DNA of 64,000 nt from Deltaproteobacteria bacterium (GTDB taxonomy: Bacteria; Myxococcota; JACRCW01): positions 62,001 to 126,000 of the forward strand of contig JACRCW010000092.1 in the NCBI GenBank assembly GCA_016218805.1, written 5' to 3'. Position numbers and translations under genes: made by a program. Of this stretch, positions 1-13,100 are shown piece by piece. A model generated the notes under the pieces. It did no database searches. It was not told the DNA's origin and saw nothing but the letters and a program-made list of their open reading frames with translations. Every line of letters begins with the position of its first letter. Position 1 is the first letter of the stretch.

Positions 1-12
1 CCGGCCCATGAG

Positions 13-1182
13 GTGGCGGGCCTGTGCGAGCTGCTGGAGCGGCGGTTCCGCAAGCGCGTACTGCAGCAGCGTTTGATGGCGGATCCGGAACTGGACGGCA
101 CCCTGGCGCGCGCGCTGAGCTGCCCGGACAAGCTGACGCTGGCCGCGTTCCGGCACATGCAGACGCTCGCCCCGCTCCTGACTGACCGTCTGGATGACTG
201 GTTGGAGGAGGTGACGAGGCTGTTGGACCGGGGCGCGTACGACCCGGCGGTGCTGCGGTACCTGACGGACAAGGAGGCCGCCGACGTCTGGCGTCTCTAC
301 CTGGGGGTGGCGTTCTGCCTGGTGGCCGTGGGGACGGTCCATGCGGACGCGCAGCGGGCGTGGGCCGCGGCACTGGCGCCGGACGTCATGCTGGCTGCGC
401 GCGGGAGCTGGCTGCAGGTGAACCAGCCGGAGCGGACACTGGCGTTCGTGGAAGACTGTTGGAAGGCGCACGTGCCGGGTGTGAAGGAGTTCTCGTGGCC
501 GTTGCTGGTGGCAATGGGGTGCCGGTTCGGGCGGTGGCGCGCGGCGTGCGAGGCCCTGGCCAAAGCAATGGGCGAGGAGAGGCGGATGATCCCGCAGGGG
601 CGGATGCTGGAGCATGTCCGCAGGCTGTTGCTGGCGCGCGCCTGCCATCTGGTGCCGCTGCGGGCGCGGTTTGACGGGGCACCCAAGGCGGACGTTGAGG
701 CGCTGCGCCACGCGGCGGCGGCGCCGCGGACGGCGTACCTGGAGGGGGCGGACTTTGCGGGGATGTGGGAGCGGACCCCGGGGCCAGCGCGGGAGTTGTT
801 CCACGCCCTGGACCTGGCGCGGGAATGGGACGTCCCAGCATCCATGGTGCTCCCGCCCGGGGACCCGGATGCGCGCGCAGCGCTGCGCGCGTGGGCGTGG
901 CAGCGCGTGCTGGCCTCCCAGCCCGAATCCATGTTGTCCGCCACGGCGGTGGACCAGGCCCTGGTGACCGCCGCGCCCCTGGCGGCCCTGGTACCGCCTC
1001 CCGCGCCCGCGGACTGGATGGCGCTGTCCTACGGCGTGCGGCTTCTGCGCGAGCACCTCCCGCGCGTGATGGGTGCATTCCGGGTGCAGACGGTCACCCG
1101 GGAGGCGCCGCGCATCGGCCGCAACGGCCCCTGCCCGTGCGGCAGCGGTAAGAAGCACAAGAAGTGCTGTGGGGCGGCCTGA
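13..1182 (+). CDS. SEC-C (SecA-type Zn-binding) motif protein; true start may lie upstream of the window
   Basis: C-terminal [21 protein letters not shown] matches the SEC-C motif; the rest is helical and unassigned. Confidence 0.8.
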   Translation: MAGLCELLERRFRKRVLQQRLMADPELDGTLARALSCPDKLTLAAFRHMQTLAPLLTDRLDDWLEEVTRLLDRGAYDPAVLRYLTDKEAADVWRLYLGVAFCLVAVGTVHADAQRAWAAALAPDVMLAARGSWLQVNQPERTLAFVEDCWKAHVPGVKEFSWPLLVAMGCRFGRWRAACEALAKAMGEERRMIPQGRMLEHVRRLLLARACHLVPLRARFDGAPKADVEALRHAAAAPRTAYLEGADFAGMWERTPGPARELFHALDLAREWDVPASMVLPPGDPDARAALRAWAWQRVLASQPESMLSATAVDQALVTAAPLAALVPPPAPADWMALSYGVRLLREHLPRVMGAFRVQTVTREAPRIGRNGPCPCGSGKKHKKCCGAA

Positions 1183-1194
1183 CCGCCACGCCGC

Positions 1195-4100
1195 TCACGC
1201 GCCGGCCGCCTCTTCCAGGCCCAGCCGCTGGCGCGCCTCCAGCCCTTCCTCCAGGCACGCCCACCGCAGCAGCCCGCGGCTCCACATGGTCTTGAACGCG
1301 CCGGGCTTCTCCATCCACGCCATGCGGTCCAGCGCATCCAGCGCCACCGCCAGCGACCCGGCGGCCAAAAACGCCACGCGCCCCAGCAGCGCGCGGCCCT
1401 CATCCACGCCGGGCAGGCGTCCGTCGTTGAGCGCTTCCACCGCGGCCGCGCGCTCGTCATCCGGCTGGTTGGCCACGCGGCTGCGCAGGGCCTTCTCCAG
1501 CACCTGGGCCAGTTCACGGCTGCGCGGTGTCTGCTGCTCCGGCGGCCGGCCCAGGAACGCCGCCATGGCCCGCATCAGTTCCGTCAGCTCCAGCGTGCTG
1601 CTGCACACGGACGGCTCCAGGCCCCACCGCACGGTGGCAAACCCCACCGCCATGACCGCGCGCCGCACCGCGTCCGGCGCGCGCACCACATCCGGGCCCA
1701 GCACCAGGTGCGGGCCGGTGAGTCCGCCAATGAACGCGCCCGGCTGCTCCGTGATGACCACGGGCAGCGTGCCGTCCGCCAGGCTGCGGGCAAACCGGAT
1801 GTCCGCGGCCAGGCGGCGTGCCTCGTCACCGCTGAGGGAGCGCGAGGGAATCTCCGGCCGTTCCAGCAGCGCGTGCAGTTCACGGTTCCAGCTGGACGCC
1901 AGGCGCGCCATGTGGACGGGGAATTCGCCGGGGGCGAGCCAGCTTGCGTCCTTGGACAGTGCCAGCGCGCGCCCGGATTCTGAGGGCAGCGGCGTCTCCG
2001 GCGGCGGGGGCGGCGGCTTGCCGGCGAGCAGCGCCGCGGCTTCCCGCGCCAACTGGGCACGCCGCGGCTGGCTGCGGGAGACAAACGCGCGCTCCAGCCA
2101 CGTGTACGCCTCCGGGAGGTCCGCGTTGTCATCCAGCAGGGCGCGCGCCGCGGCCTCCGCCAGCGCGGGGTCCGGCGGCGGCGCTGGGAACAGGTCGGTC
2201 AGGCGCGCGCGCAGCTTGGCGTCGGTCCCGGCCAGGCCCACCGCGGTGCGCACCAGTGCCGCGCCGCGCGCCGCGTCCCGCAGTTCCACAAACGCCACGC
2301 GCGCGGCATCAGCCGCCAGGGTGGCGCCCATCTTGGGGTCCGCCACGTTGCGCAGCGCTGCCTCCACGTGCCCCACCCACGCCGCGTGCGCGCCGGCGCG
2401 CCGGGCGGCGTCCACCGCCAGCAGGCGCCCCCGCCAGCCGTCATCCGCCGCCAGCGCCGCCTCCGCGTGGCGCAGCAGCTGTTCCGGCGGGACGTTGCGC
2501 TCCTGCCGCAGCGCCTGGGCCAGTGCCCGGTGCAGCGCGGGCGGCAGGTCCACCGGGGGCTGGGCGGCGTGGAGCGGGCCGGCCAGGGTGGCCAGCAGGT
2601 CTTCCGCCTCCGCGGCGGCGGCGGCGTCCACGGCGCTGACCAGCACCGCCGCGTCCGCCCCGCCTGCCAGCACCGCCTGCAGCAGCGCCTCGGCGCGCGC
2701 GCGCGCGTTTCCGGCCTTCTCCCAGGCGGCGGCCTCGTCACGGAACGCCAGCTGGCGCTCATCCGGCGCGCCCGCCAGCTGCGCCACGCGGCGGAACAGG
2801 ACGGCGGCCGCGGCGGCGTCATCCTCCAGGCGGGAGAGCGCCAGCGCGCGCAGCAGTGAAGGGTTTCCGGGCAGCGCGGTGTGTGCCCGCTCCAGCAGCG
2901 CCCGGGCGGCGGTGCCCTGCCCCGCGTTCTGCAACGTGGCGGCCTGCCGGAGCATCCACGCGGCGAACGCGCGCGGCTCATCCGACGCGCTGGGCACATC
3001 ACGCGCCTCCATCAGGGTGCGCACGGCCTCCATGGGGTCGCCGTGGCGTTCAGCGGCGCGGGCCAGCGCCTGCCGGGCGGCGGCGTGCTCCGGGTCCACC
3101 TCCAGCGCGCGGCGGAGCGCGGCCCGCCCATCACCACCGGTGGACTCCAGGCACGCACCGCGGCGGTAGGCCACTTCCGCGGCGGGGACGCCGGGCAGGT
3201 CCCCATCCGCGCTGTCCGGCACCCGCGCGAACCAGCGCGCCGCCGCCTCCAGGTTGTTGCGGCGGAACGCCAGGTCCGCCAACGCCAGGGCCACCCGGGA
3301 CCGCAGCGGGTCCGCCTCCAGTGCGGAACCAAACGCCGCGGCGGCCTGGGCTTCGTCCCCGCCGACGTCACGCCACAGGGTCCCGGCGCGTTCAAACATG
3401 GCCGCGCGCGCGGTGGGCTCCTCCTGGGCGGCGGCCACGCGCTGCGCCAGCGGTGCCAGGCGCGCCGTCTTGCCCTGCCGCCGCAGGCGCACCTCCACGG
3501 CGTCAAACGTGGTGATGTCCCGCGGGTCCACCTCCAGCAACTGCAGCCGCGCGTCATCCGCGGCGGCCGCATCCGGCACGGCTTCCCAGGCGGTGACCGC
3601 TTCGCGCAGCAGCTCCGCCTTCACGCTGGCGGCGGATTCCCGGGACGCGGCGTCCAGGTAGGCGCGGGCCGCCTGGGCGGGGCGGCCGGACTTCATCATC
3701 CAGTGGGCCACCCGCGCCGCGGAGCGGTTCTCGCCCAGGGACGCCAGCTCCGCGTGCGCCTTGATGGCCTCCGGCGCCACGCCCGCGGCCTCGGCCAGCA
3801 GCGCGCGGGATTGCCAGTAGCGCGTGGCCTCACGGCGGCCGGTGGGTGGCGCCACGGCGCCCAACCAGCCCAGCGCGTCCGCGGCCCGCGCCGTGCGCAA
3901 CGCCATGTCCGCCAGCTTCTGCGCCGCCGCCACCACGCTGCCCGGGTCACCCAGCGCATCCCGCAGCGCGGCCAGCGTGTCCTCCGCCGGGCGGTCCCGC
4001 AGTTCCATGAGCTCCGCGCGGCGCAGCGCGCCCCGCACGCGCGCGGCCCCGTCCGCGGCGGCGGCGTCCAGGGCATCCAGCTCGGAGGCGCTGTCCTGGG

Positions 4101-7100
4101 CCTGCGCGGCCAGCCGGGCCATCCATTCGGCCTCCGCCGGCGTGAGGGGGCGGGCGGAGCCGGCGGCACGCAGCGCGTTCACGGCGCCCTGCGGGTCCAT
4201 CAGCGGGCCGCCCAGCCATTCGGCGGCCTCGCGCCAGATGAACGCCTTCTCCGCGGGGACCCCGGTATGCCGCGCAATGGTGGACAGCAGCCGGACCACG
4301 TCCGCGGCATCTCCCCGGCCACGCGCGGCGGCCAGCAGCACCTCCACGGCGCTGCGGTCGGAGGGGTCCTTCTCTATCCGCCGCACCGCCAGCCGTTCGG
4401 CTTCGTCCAGCGAGCCGGTGCGCGCCAGCACCGCGACGCCCTCCGTCAGCAGCGCGGCGGTCACCTCTTCCGGGAGCGCGTGGGCCACCGACAGCGCGGC
4501 CAGCTGCTGCCAGCGCTGCACGGCCGCCTCCCACCGCCGCGCGTGCTCGGCGTCCCGGCACAGCCACAGCAGCGTGGCGGCGTCCTCGGCGTCAGAGTTG
4601 GACTGCATCAGCGCCAGGTCCCGGCTGCCCTCCAGCACCACCGCTTCCCCCCCGGCGGTGCGGCGCGCCAGCCACGCCCCCACCAGTTCGCGGCGCTCGT
4701 CCCGGTCCGCGGCGGACCAGCGCGCGCGCACGGCCGCCAGCGCGCGCAGCGGCGCACCCCGCGCCAGCGCGGCATCCCGCACGGCGGCGCACGCCGCGGC
4801 GGACTGCGCGGCCACCCGGTTGAGGACCGCCATGGCCCGGGACGGCTCACCGGCCACCTCAAATGCGTCGGCCGCGTCCAGCGCCGCCAGCGCGCGCGGG
4901 TCGGTGCCGGTGTCAGCATCCAGCGCCGCCTCCAGCGCGGTGGCCAGCCGGGCGGGATCCCCCTGCAGGCGCGCCAGCTCCACGCGCAGCGTCCGGATCC
5001 GCGCATCCGCACCCGGGTAGGCCTCCAGGATCTCCAGCGCGCGCACCGGATCCGCCAGCCGGTCGGTCCACAGGTGGGCGGCCTCCAGCAGCGGATCCGC
5101 GGCCCGCTCCTCCGGCAGCTTGCGCGCCGCTTCCACCAGCGCCTCCGCGAGCGCCCGCGTGTCCCCCGCCGCGCGGGCCAGGTCCACGCGCCGCTTGAGC
5201 AACGATCCGTCACCGGGCAGCAGATCCAGGGCCCGCGCCACGTGGTGCAGGGCGCGACGGGGTACGCCGCTCTCCTCCCACAGCCCCGCCAGTTCCAGGT
5301 GCGCCTGTTCCGGGGGCACCCGCCCGTGGGCCAGCGCGGCCTCCAGCGCGTCGCGCAGGCGGTCGCGCGCACCCTCGCGCCGCGCCTCCTCCACCAGCAG
5401 GACCAGCGCGGCGGGTGGGAAGCCGCGCTGGGCCGCCAGCGCCTCACGTTCCGCCAGGCCCAGGCGGCGCCCCACCGGCTCGCCCAGGGTCCCCTGCGCC
5501 CCCAGCAGCGCGGCGCCGCATTGGTCCGCCCACAGCTCATCCCGGCCGTCACGGGCGGCGGCCCGCACGCGCGCCAGCGCCTCCCCGGTGGTGCCGGCCA
5601 GCGCCCCGGCGGCCAGCACGTGCAGCCACGCGTCGTGCCCGTCCGCCAGCGCGGCCACGCGTTCGTGCACCGCCGGCTGGGCGGGGTCCTGCACCAACAG
5701 CATGGCCAGCAGGGACCGCTCCTCATCCGGGCGGCCCTGGCGCCGCGCCACGGTGGCCAGCACGCGCAGCGCGTCCCGGCCCTTGGCGCCGGGCTGCTGG
5801 GACAACACCTCAAACGCCCGGCGCGCCACCTCCGGGAAGCCCAACCGCTCCGCCACGCCGCCCAGGATCTGCGCGGCGGCCACGTCGGGCTCTTCGGATC
5901 CCAGCAGCTCCGCCGCGCGCTGCAGCGCCGGGGGGAAGCCACCGTCCGGGTCACACCAGCCCGCCAGGGCGTCCGTGACACGCGCGCAGGTGGCCGGGCC
6001 CCGGGCCGCCACGCGGCGCAGGGCGTCCAGCACCACGGCGGGCTCGGCGGTGGCCACCAGGTCCCGCAGGACGGACAGCTCGGCGTTCTCATCCGCGCCC
6101 GCCAGGCGGGACAGCGCGTCCACCGCCGCCACGCTGCCCTGCGCGGCCAGCGAGGTCAGGACGCGGCGTTCCTCGTCCGCGTCGCGCCGCAGCGCGTGCA
6201 GGTCCGCCTCCGCCCAGTCCGCCGCGGCGGGCGGCACGCCGGCCTGGCGCGCGTGGCCTATCCAGGCCGCGGCGTCATCAAACCGCTCCAGGCGCAACCA
6301 CAGCGCCGCCAGCGCCAGCATGTCCGCGCCGGAGTCCGCCACGTGCTCCAGCGCGCGCGCCTGCAACGCCTCCGCGCCGGCGGCGGCCGCGCGCCGCCAC
6401 GCGGCCTCCCACAGCGGCGCCGGGGCCTGCCCGGCCTGCAGCGCGTCCATGGCGTCAACCAGGCGCCCTTCCTCCAGCAGCAGTTGTCCGCGCTCCGCCT
6501 GCCAGGCGGCCGCCTGCTCCGCCGGCCCCAGGCGCGCCAGCTGTTCCAGCGCCTCCAGCTGGTGTTCGCGGTCCCCGCGCGCCCGGGCCAGTTCCAGCAG
6601 GCGGCGCGCGCGCCGCGGTGTGGCCACGCGGGCCTGCGCGCCCCACAGCGCGCGGTATTCCGCGTCCGCATCCAGCTCATTGGCCGCAGCGCCGGCCAGC
6701 CGGTCCAGCGCGTCCGCCGCCTCCGCGTCCGTGTTGGCCAGCTGCGCCCAGGTCCACGCCAGGTCCCGAACGGCCGCCGGCCCCGCCACCACGGCCACGT
6801 CACACGCCGCGGGGCCCAGGTGCGGCCGCAGGGAGACCAGTTCGCGCAGCAGCGCGCGGCCCGCGTCTCCGGCCAGGTACGGGCGCCGGCGGATGAAATC
6901 CCCGTCCACGGCCATGCCGCGCCGCAGCAGTTCCCGCAGCGCCGCCACGGCCACGTCCACCCGCGCGTCCTGCGCGGCGCGCGCCTCCACGCGCCGCAGC
7001 GTCCATGAGGCGCGGGCCTCCAGTGCGGGCAGCGCGTCCGGCAGGTCCCCCGCCAGCCAGCCGTGCTCCTCCCAGCCGGGCGCCCCCTCCAGCACGCGCC

Positions 7101-10100
7101 GGGGGGCGCCGGCTTCCGGTGCCAGCGCCGTGCGGACGGCGGTGACGTCCTCACCGCGGCCACCGCGGGCGTACGCGCGGTCCACCTGCGCGCGCGCGTC
7201 CTCCAGCAGGCCCACCGCCACGGACGCCCGCGCCGCGTCCATCCACAGGTCGGCGCGGTCGGCGTTTTCGGCCGCCTCGCGGGTGACCCGCGCCACCTCC
7301 ATGGGCGTGGTGGACACGCGCGGCATCCACTGCAGGAAGCGCAGACGCGCCCCTTCATCACCGTGGGCGGTCAGGCCGGCGCGCAGCCGGTCTGCCAGGG
7401 CGCGGTGCAGGCGCGCCCGGGACAACACATCCAGCACCCGCTCCTCCAACAGCCCCCCCCGCGGCGAGGGAAACGCGCGCAGCAGCAGCTCGCCGGCGCG
7501 GGTGCCCTGCCCCGCCTCGTCCAGCTCGTCGGCGGCGGCCAGCACTTCGTCCTCCTCACCCGCCTCCTCGGCGGCGTGCGCGCGCACCTCCGCCGCCTCC
7601 GCCAGCTGTCCCGCCGCCCGGAGCGCTTCCGCGTGGGCACGCGCGTGCTCCCGACTGGGCAGGGCCGCGTGCGCCCGCCGGGCGGTCTCCAGGGTCAGCG
7701 CCGGGTCCGCTACGTCCACGGCCAGCTGCAGCGCCTTGCTCCACAGCGCCTGCGCCTCCACGCCCTGCTGGCGTTCCGCCCAGGACGACACTTCGGCGGC
7801 CGCCTCCCGCAGCGCGCCGGTCTCCTCCAGCAGTTCCACCAGCGCCGCCCGTGCGGGCCGGTGGTCCGGCACCAGGTCCGCCCAGCGGCGGCAGTGCGGC
7901 AGCGCAGCCGCGGGGTCTTCCAACCGGTCGCGCGCAACCTCCACCGCCTGCTCCCGGGCGGCCGGCTCCTCAGAGGCGGGCAGCAGGGGGCACAGGCGGC
8001 CCAGCGTGTCCAGGACGTCACGCCAGCGCTCCAACTCCTGGAACCACGCCAGGCGCCGCCGCAGGTCCTCCACCGCCGGCGCGCGCAGCTTCAGGGACCA
8101 CGCGCGGGCCGCCTCAAAGTCCCCGCGCTGCGCGAACATCTCCGCCAGCTGCCGGACCGCGGCCTCGCCCTGGGGCGCGCCGCCCTCCCCGGCGGCGCGG
8201 TCCGCCGCCTGGGCCAGCTCCGTCAGCAGCGCTTCCTTCTCGCCCGCCGGGCGGTCCAGCGCGCGGCGGGCCAGTTCACTGAGCGCGGCGGGGGACGCCC
8301 TCGGCAGGGACGCCCACTTCTGGATGAGCGCGTCCGGGAGGTCCGCCAGGCGGCCCAGCGCTTCCGCGCGCTCGCCCAGCTGCGCGGCAACGTCCGGGGG
8401 CACCGCCTCCAGCAGCGCACCCACGTCCGCCAGCCGGCCGGATTCCAGGGCCCAGCCCAGCGCCAGCCGCTGGCGTGCCGGGGTGGTCTCCGCCGCCACG
8501 GCGGCCGCCGCCGCGCGCACGGCCTCCTCCGCGTCCCCCGCGGTCCACGCCTGGTGGGCCGCGCGCTCCAACAGCTCCGCGCGCTGGGACGCCTCCACCG
8601 CGGCCGACGCCACCGCCAGCAGCAGGCGCGCCTGTTCCCGCGGCGGCAGGTCCGCGCCGCGCAGCTCCAGCAGGGCGCCGGCCAGGGCGGGTGTGGCGGC
8701 CTGGGTGACGGGGAGGAGCAGCTCGCGCGCCAGCGCGCGGGCGCCGGTCTGCGCCAGCCGCAGCGCCGTCTCCGCCAGGATCTCCTCGGGAATCTCGGCG
8801 CCCTCGTCCCGGCCCTGCAGGAGTGCGCGGGCGGCGGCGGCCGCGTCCGCCGCGCTGAGCCGCCAGCGGGCCAGCAGCACGTATTCTGCCGGTGGCCCCA
8901 CGCCCAGCGCGCGCGCGGTCTGCAGGACATCCGCCGCCTCCGCGTGCCGTGACGCATCCGCCAGCGCGCGCGCCTGCCGGCGCAGGAACCGCGCGCGCTC
9001 CAGCGGTCCCTCCACGAGCGTGGCGGCGCGGCCCCACGCATCCGCCGCCTGGCTCCACGCCCCGGCGGCCTCCGCGGCCGCCCCCAGGCGGCGCCACGCA
9101 TCCGCATCACCCGGGGACAGCTCCGTCACCCGCCCCCACAGCGCGGCGGATTCAAACACGCCCGCCTCAGTGGCGGCGCGCGCCAGCGTCCGTGCAAACG
9201 CCTCCTCAGTGACCCCGGCGGCGTGACTGGGCTCCAGGCGCCCCAGCACCGCCCACGCCTCCGGCGCGTCCCCGGCGGCCAACAACGCCTCACCCAGCTT
9301 CCACGAAATGCCATCATCCCGCCCCAGCTGCAGCGCCATCCCGTACGCGCGCACCGCATCCAGCGCGCGCCCCTGCGCGCGCGCCAGGTCCCCCAGGCGC
9401 GCGGCCTCCACCGCCGCCAGCTGCGGCTGCCGCTCGCGCAGCATGTCCACCAGGTGTTGCGTGGCGTCCAGCTGGGTCGGGATGTCGTTGGCCAGCACGG
9501 CCACGTCCCGCAGCGCGCTCCACGCGGTGGGGTAGCCGGGATGCCGGTCCGTGGCCCAGCGGGCCACGCGCACGGCGGCGTCCGCCGCGCCCAGGCGCAC
9601 CAGCGCGCGCGCGCCCTCCAGCGCCAGCCGCGCTGCCTCCTCCGGGTCGGCCTCGCGCTTCACGCGCAGGGCAACCACCGCTTCCACGTCCACGGCGCGC
9701 CCCGCGCGCTCCGCCACCTGCTGGCGCAGCGGCAACGCCCACGCCATCTCTCCCTCGTCCATCCCGGCGGCTTGCAGCTCCGCCCAGGCCTCCTGGTCCC
9801 GCCCCAGCTCCTTGGAGAGGATCTCCGCCCGCGCAATGTGCAGCTCCTGCCGCGCGGGGCCTTCCGGCGTGGCGTCCAGCAGGCGCAGCTGCACCGCCGC
9901 CGCGTCCTCGGGGCGGTCCATGGCGCGGAACAACTCAGCCAGGGCGCGCAGGGCGGCGGGCGCGCGCGGGTCCAGGCGCAGCGCGCCCTGCAGCACCGCC
10001 ACCGCCAGCCGGGGCCGCTGCATGATCCCCGCCAGCACCGCACCGGCCTCCTCCAGGTACGACGCCACCTCCGGGGTCTGCCGCAGCCGGGCCACCATCA

Positions 10101-13100
10101 GGCAGGTGCGCACCAGGCTGGCGGGCGGCAGCGTGCGGTGCAGGTCCATCAGGCGCTTGAGCGGCGCGTCGGACAGCGGGGCCGCGCGCAGCGCTTCGCG
10201 GCACAGCTGGACGGCGCGGGCCGGCTGGCCCAGCGGCCCGGCGTACAGGTCCGCCGCGGAGATGAGGTGCGCGGTGCGGCGCGGTCCCTCCGTGGAACGG
10301 GCGCGGTACTCATGCAGCGCGGCCAGGTCCAGGTGCCGGCCGCGACCCTCCAGCACGCGCTGGAGCGCGCGCGCCACCTCTTCATCCTCCGGGTGCGCGC
10401 GGAAGCTGCGCTCCAGCGCTTCCGCCGCGCGGTCCCCGTGCCCCAGCTTCTCCTCCAGCAGCGCCAGCCGCCGGAACACCTGGGCGCGGTCCTCGCCGGC
10501 GCCCTCCAGCGCCTCCGCCTGGCTCAGCGTGCGCAGGGCCTCCTCCGGCTCATTGCGCTGCTCATAGATGTCCGCCAGGCGCCACAGCAGCGCGCGGCGC
10601 TCCACGCCGGCGGCGCGGGCCGCCTCCGGCTCACGCCGGGCCAGCTCCAGCAGCTGGTGCGCCGCCTGTTCCTCCGCCTCCGGGTTGGCCCGCTGCGCGT
10701 GCGTGGCGGCAAAGCGCAGCCAGGTCAGCCGCTCCATGGCGGAGCCCCCGCGCTCCGCCAGCACCTTGGCCAGCTCCATGGCCGCGCGCACCGCGCGGGC
10801 CGGGTCGGACTCCACGCAGCGCCGGGCCGTGCGCGCCAGCGCGGGCGCGTGGTTGGGCCACACGGACAGCACCGCGGCCTCGGCCTCGCTGGCCAGCGGC
10901 TCCGGGAGCGTGAGGCCCTCCAGCTCCGCGGCGGCCTCCATGCGGTCGCCCTCCGGGAGGACCGCCGCGGCCAGCACACGCATGAGCGCCTGCGCCCGCT
11001 CCTCCCCGTCCGCAGCGCCGCGCACGCAGTCCCGGATGGCCCCGCGCAACGGCTCCGTCAGGCGCACACCCGTCTCCAGCACGCCCAGGATGCCGCGCAC
11101 GGCCACCAGCGCCCCGCGACCGCTGGCCGTCAGCTCCAGCCGCGCCGCGCGCACCGCGCGGTCGGCGTCCAGCTCATTGCGCGCGCGCTGCCACAGCGCG
11201 TCACACAGCGCGCCGTACTCGCCGGCGGCCTCCAGTGCGTCCTCCAGCTGGTCCACGTCGTCCGCGCTGCCCTTGCGCGCGGCACGGCGGGCGGCGGCCA
11301 CCGCCTCCGTGTGGCGCCCCGCCAGGCTGGCCGCCTGGCGCGCCCGGCGCGCCCACTGCAGCGCCTCCAGGCCCTGCGCGCGTCCCTCCGCCGCCTCCAT
11401 CACGCGCAGCGCCGTGTCCACCTGGCCCAGCTCTTCCGCCAGGTCCGCCGCGCGCGAACAGATGGCCGCCGACGCGCCCTGCAGCGCCTGCGGGACCAGC
11501 CGCTCCAGCGCTTCCTCGGCGCTGCCGTGCTCACACAGCAATTCCACCAGCCGCAGCTCCACGCCGTCCGCGTCCTCCGGTGACGCCGCCCGCAGGCCCT
11601 CCAGCCCCGCCCGCTCAATGTCCGGCAGACCGCGCACGCGCGCGCCGGTGACAAGGGCGCGCCAGTCGGCCGCGGTGTCGGAGGCGCGCTCGCGCATCTC
11701 ACGCACAATGGCCAGCGCGCGGTCCGGGGCCTCCCCCGCCAGGCGGCGCAGCACGTGCACCAGCGCGTCCCGCGGCGCGGCCGGCGCCGCCCACATGGCC
11801 ACAAACGCACCCACCGCTTCCGCCGGGGACAGCGCGGCCAGCCCCTCCACCGTCACCGGCGAACGCACCCCCGGCGCCAACAACTGCCGCGTCTGCGTGG
11901 GCTCCTCCTGGTCCGCTTCAAACGGCAGCGCGTCATGGATGTTCTCGCCCGGGCCGGGCGCGTCCTCGTCAGCGGGGCCGTGGGACACCAGCGCGCGCGT
12001 GACGCCCGTGGGCTCCTCACGCGTGGTGACGGTGGCGTCCCGCGGCGGCAGAGGCAGGGGCGCAGCCGGCAGGACGGTGACCGCCTCCGGCGCGCGTCCG
12101 CGCAGCTCCGCCATGGCCTGCTCCCAGTCCGGCGTGCGGCAGCCCGCATCCGTCCCGGCACGCTCCAGCAGGGCCAGCGCGTCCGCGTCACGGCCCTTGA
12201 GCCGCCACAGCGCCAGCCCGCCCAGCAGCGACACGCGGGCGCCCTGCGGCGCGCCCGGCCCCAGCGTCCAGCGGGCCACCAGCTCCACGTCACGCAGGGC
12301 CCACGCGGCTTCCGCCGCCGCGGCGCGCCACGCCGGGTCATCATGCTCAGACAGCGCCCGCTGCCACAGCGGTGACGCGCCCGCCACATCACCCAGCGGG
12401 CCACCGGTGGACTCCGCCGCCAGCGCCAGCGCGCGCGCACGCTCCACCCCCGGCGGCGCCAGCTCCGCCGCGCGCAGCGCGTGGCGCACCGCCTCCGCGT
12501 GGCGCCCTTCCGCGCCGTGCAGCCGGGCCAGGGCTTCCAGGGCCGTGGAGGTCTCCCCGTGGCGGACGGCGCGCAGCAGCGCGCGCCGCGCCCCGGGCAG
12601 GTCCCCCAGTTCCATGCGCGCACGGCCCAGCACCAGCGAAGCGGCCGCTTCATCCGCGGCCGGCAGCGGGAGGTCCAGCGCGCGCCGCGCCGCCGCCACC
12701 GCGTCCGCAAACCGCCCCGCGGCCAGCGCCACCTGCGCCATCTCCATGGCCACGCGCGCGGAGGTGGGGCGAGCTTCGCCAGCCACCTCCAGCGCGGACA
12801 GCGCGGCGCCCGCGTCCGCCCCGCGCAGCGCGCGCGCCCAGGACAGCGCGGCGGCGTGCACCAGCGCGGGGTCACTGGCCACGCGCGCCGCCGCCACCAC
12901 GCGCTGCCAGTCCTCCGCGGAACCGCCCCGCAGGCGCGCCCAGGCCAGCGTGACGTCCGGGTCCTGCGGGTTGCGCGCCAGCGCCTCATCCATGGCGGCG
13001 GCGGCTTCTTCGCGCGCGCTGGGGTCCTCACGCAGCGCCTCCGCCAGCAGGCTGAGCGCCAGCGGGTGCCCCACCGCGCGGTCCAGCCGCGCGCGCGCCG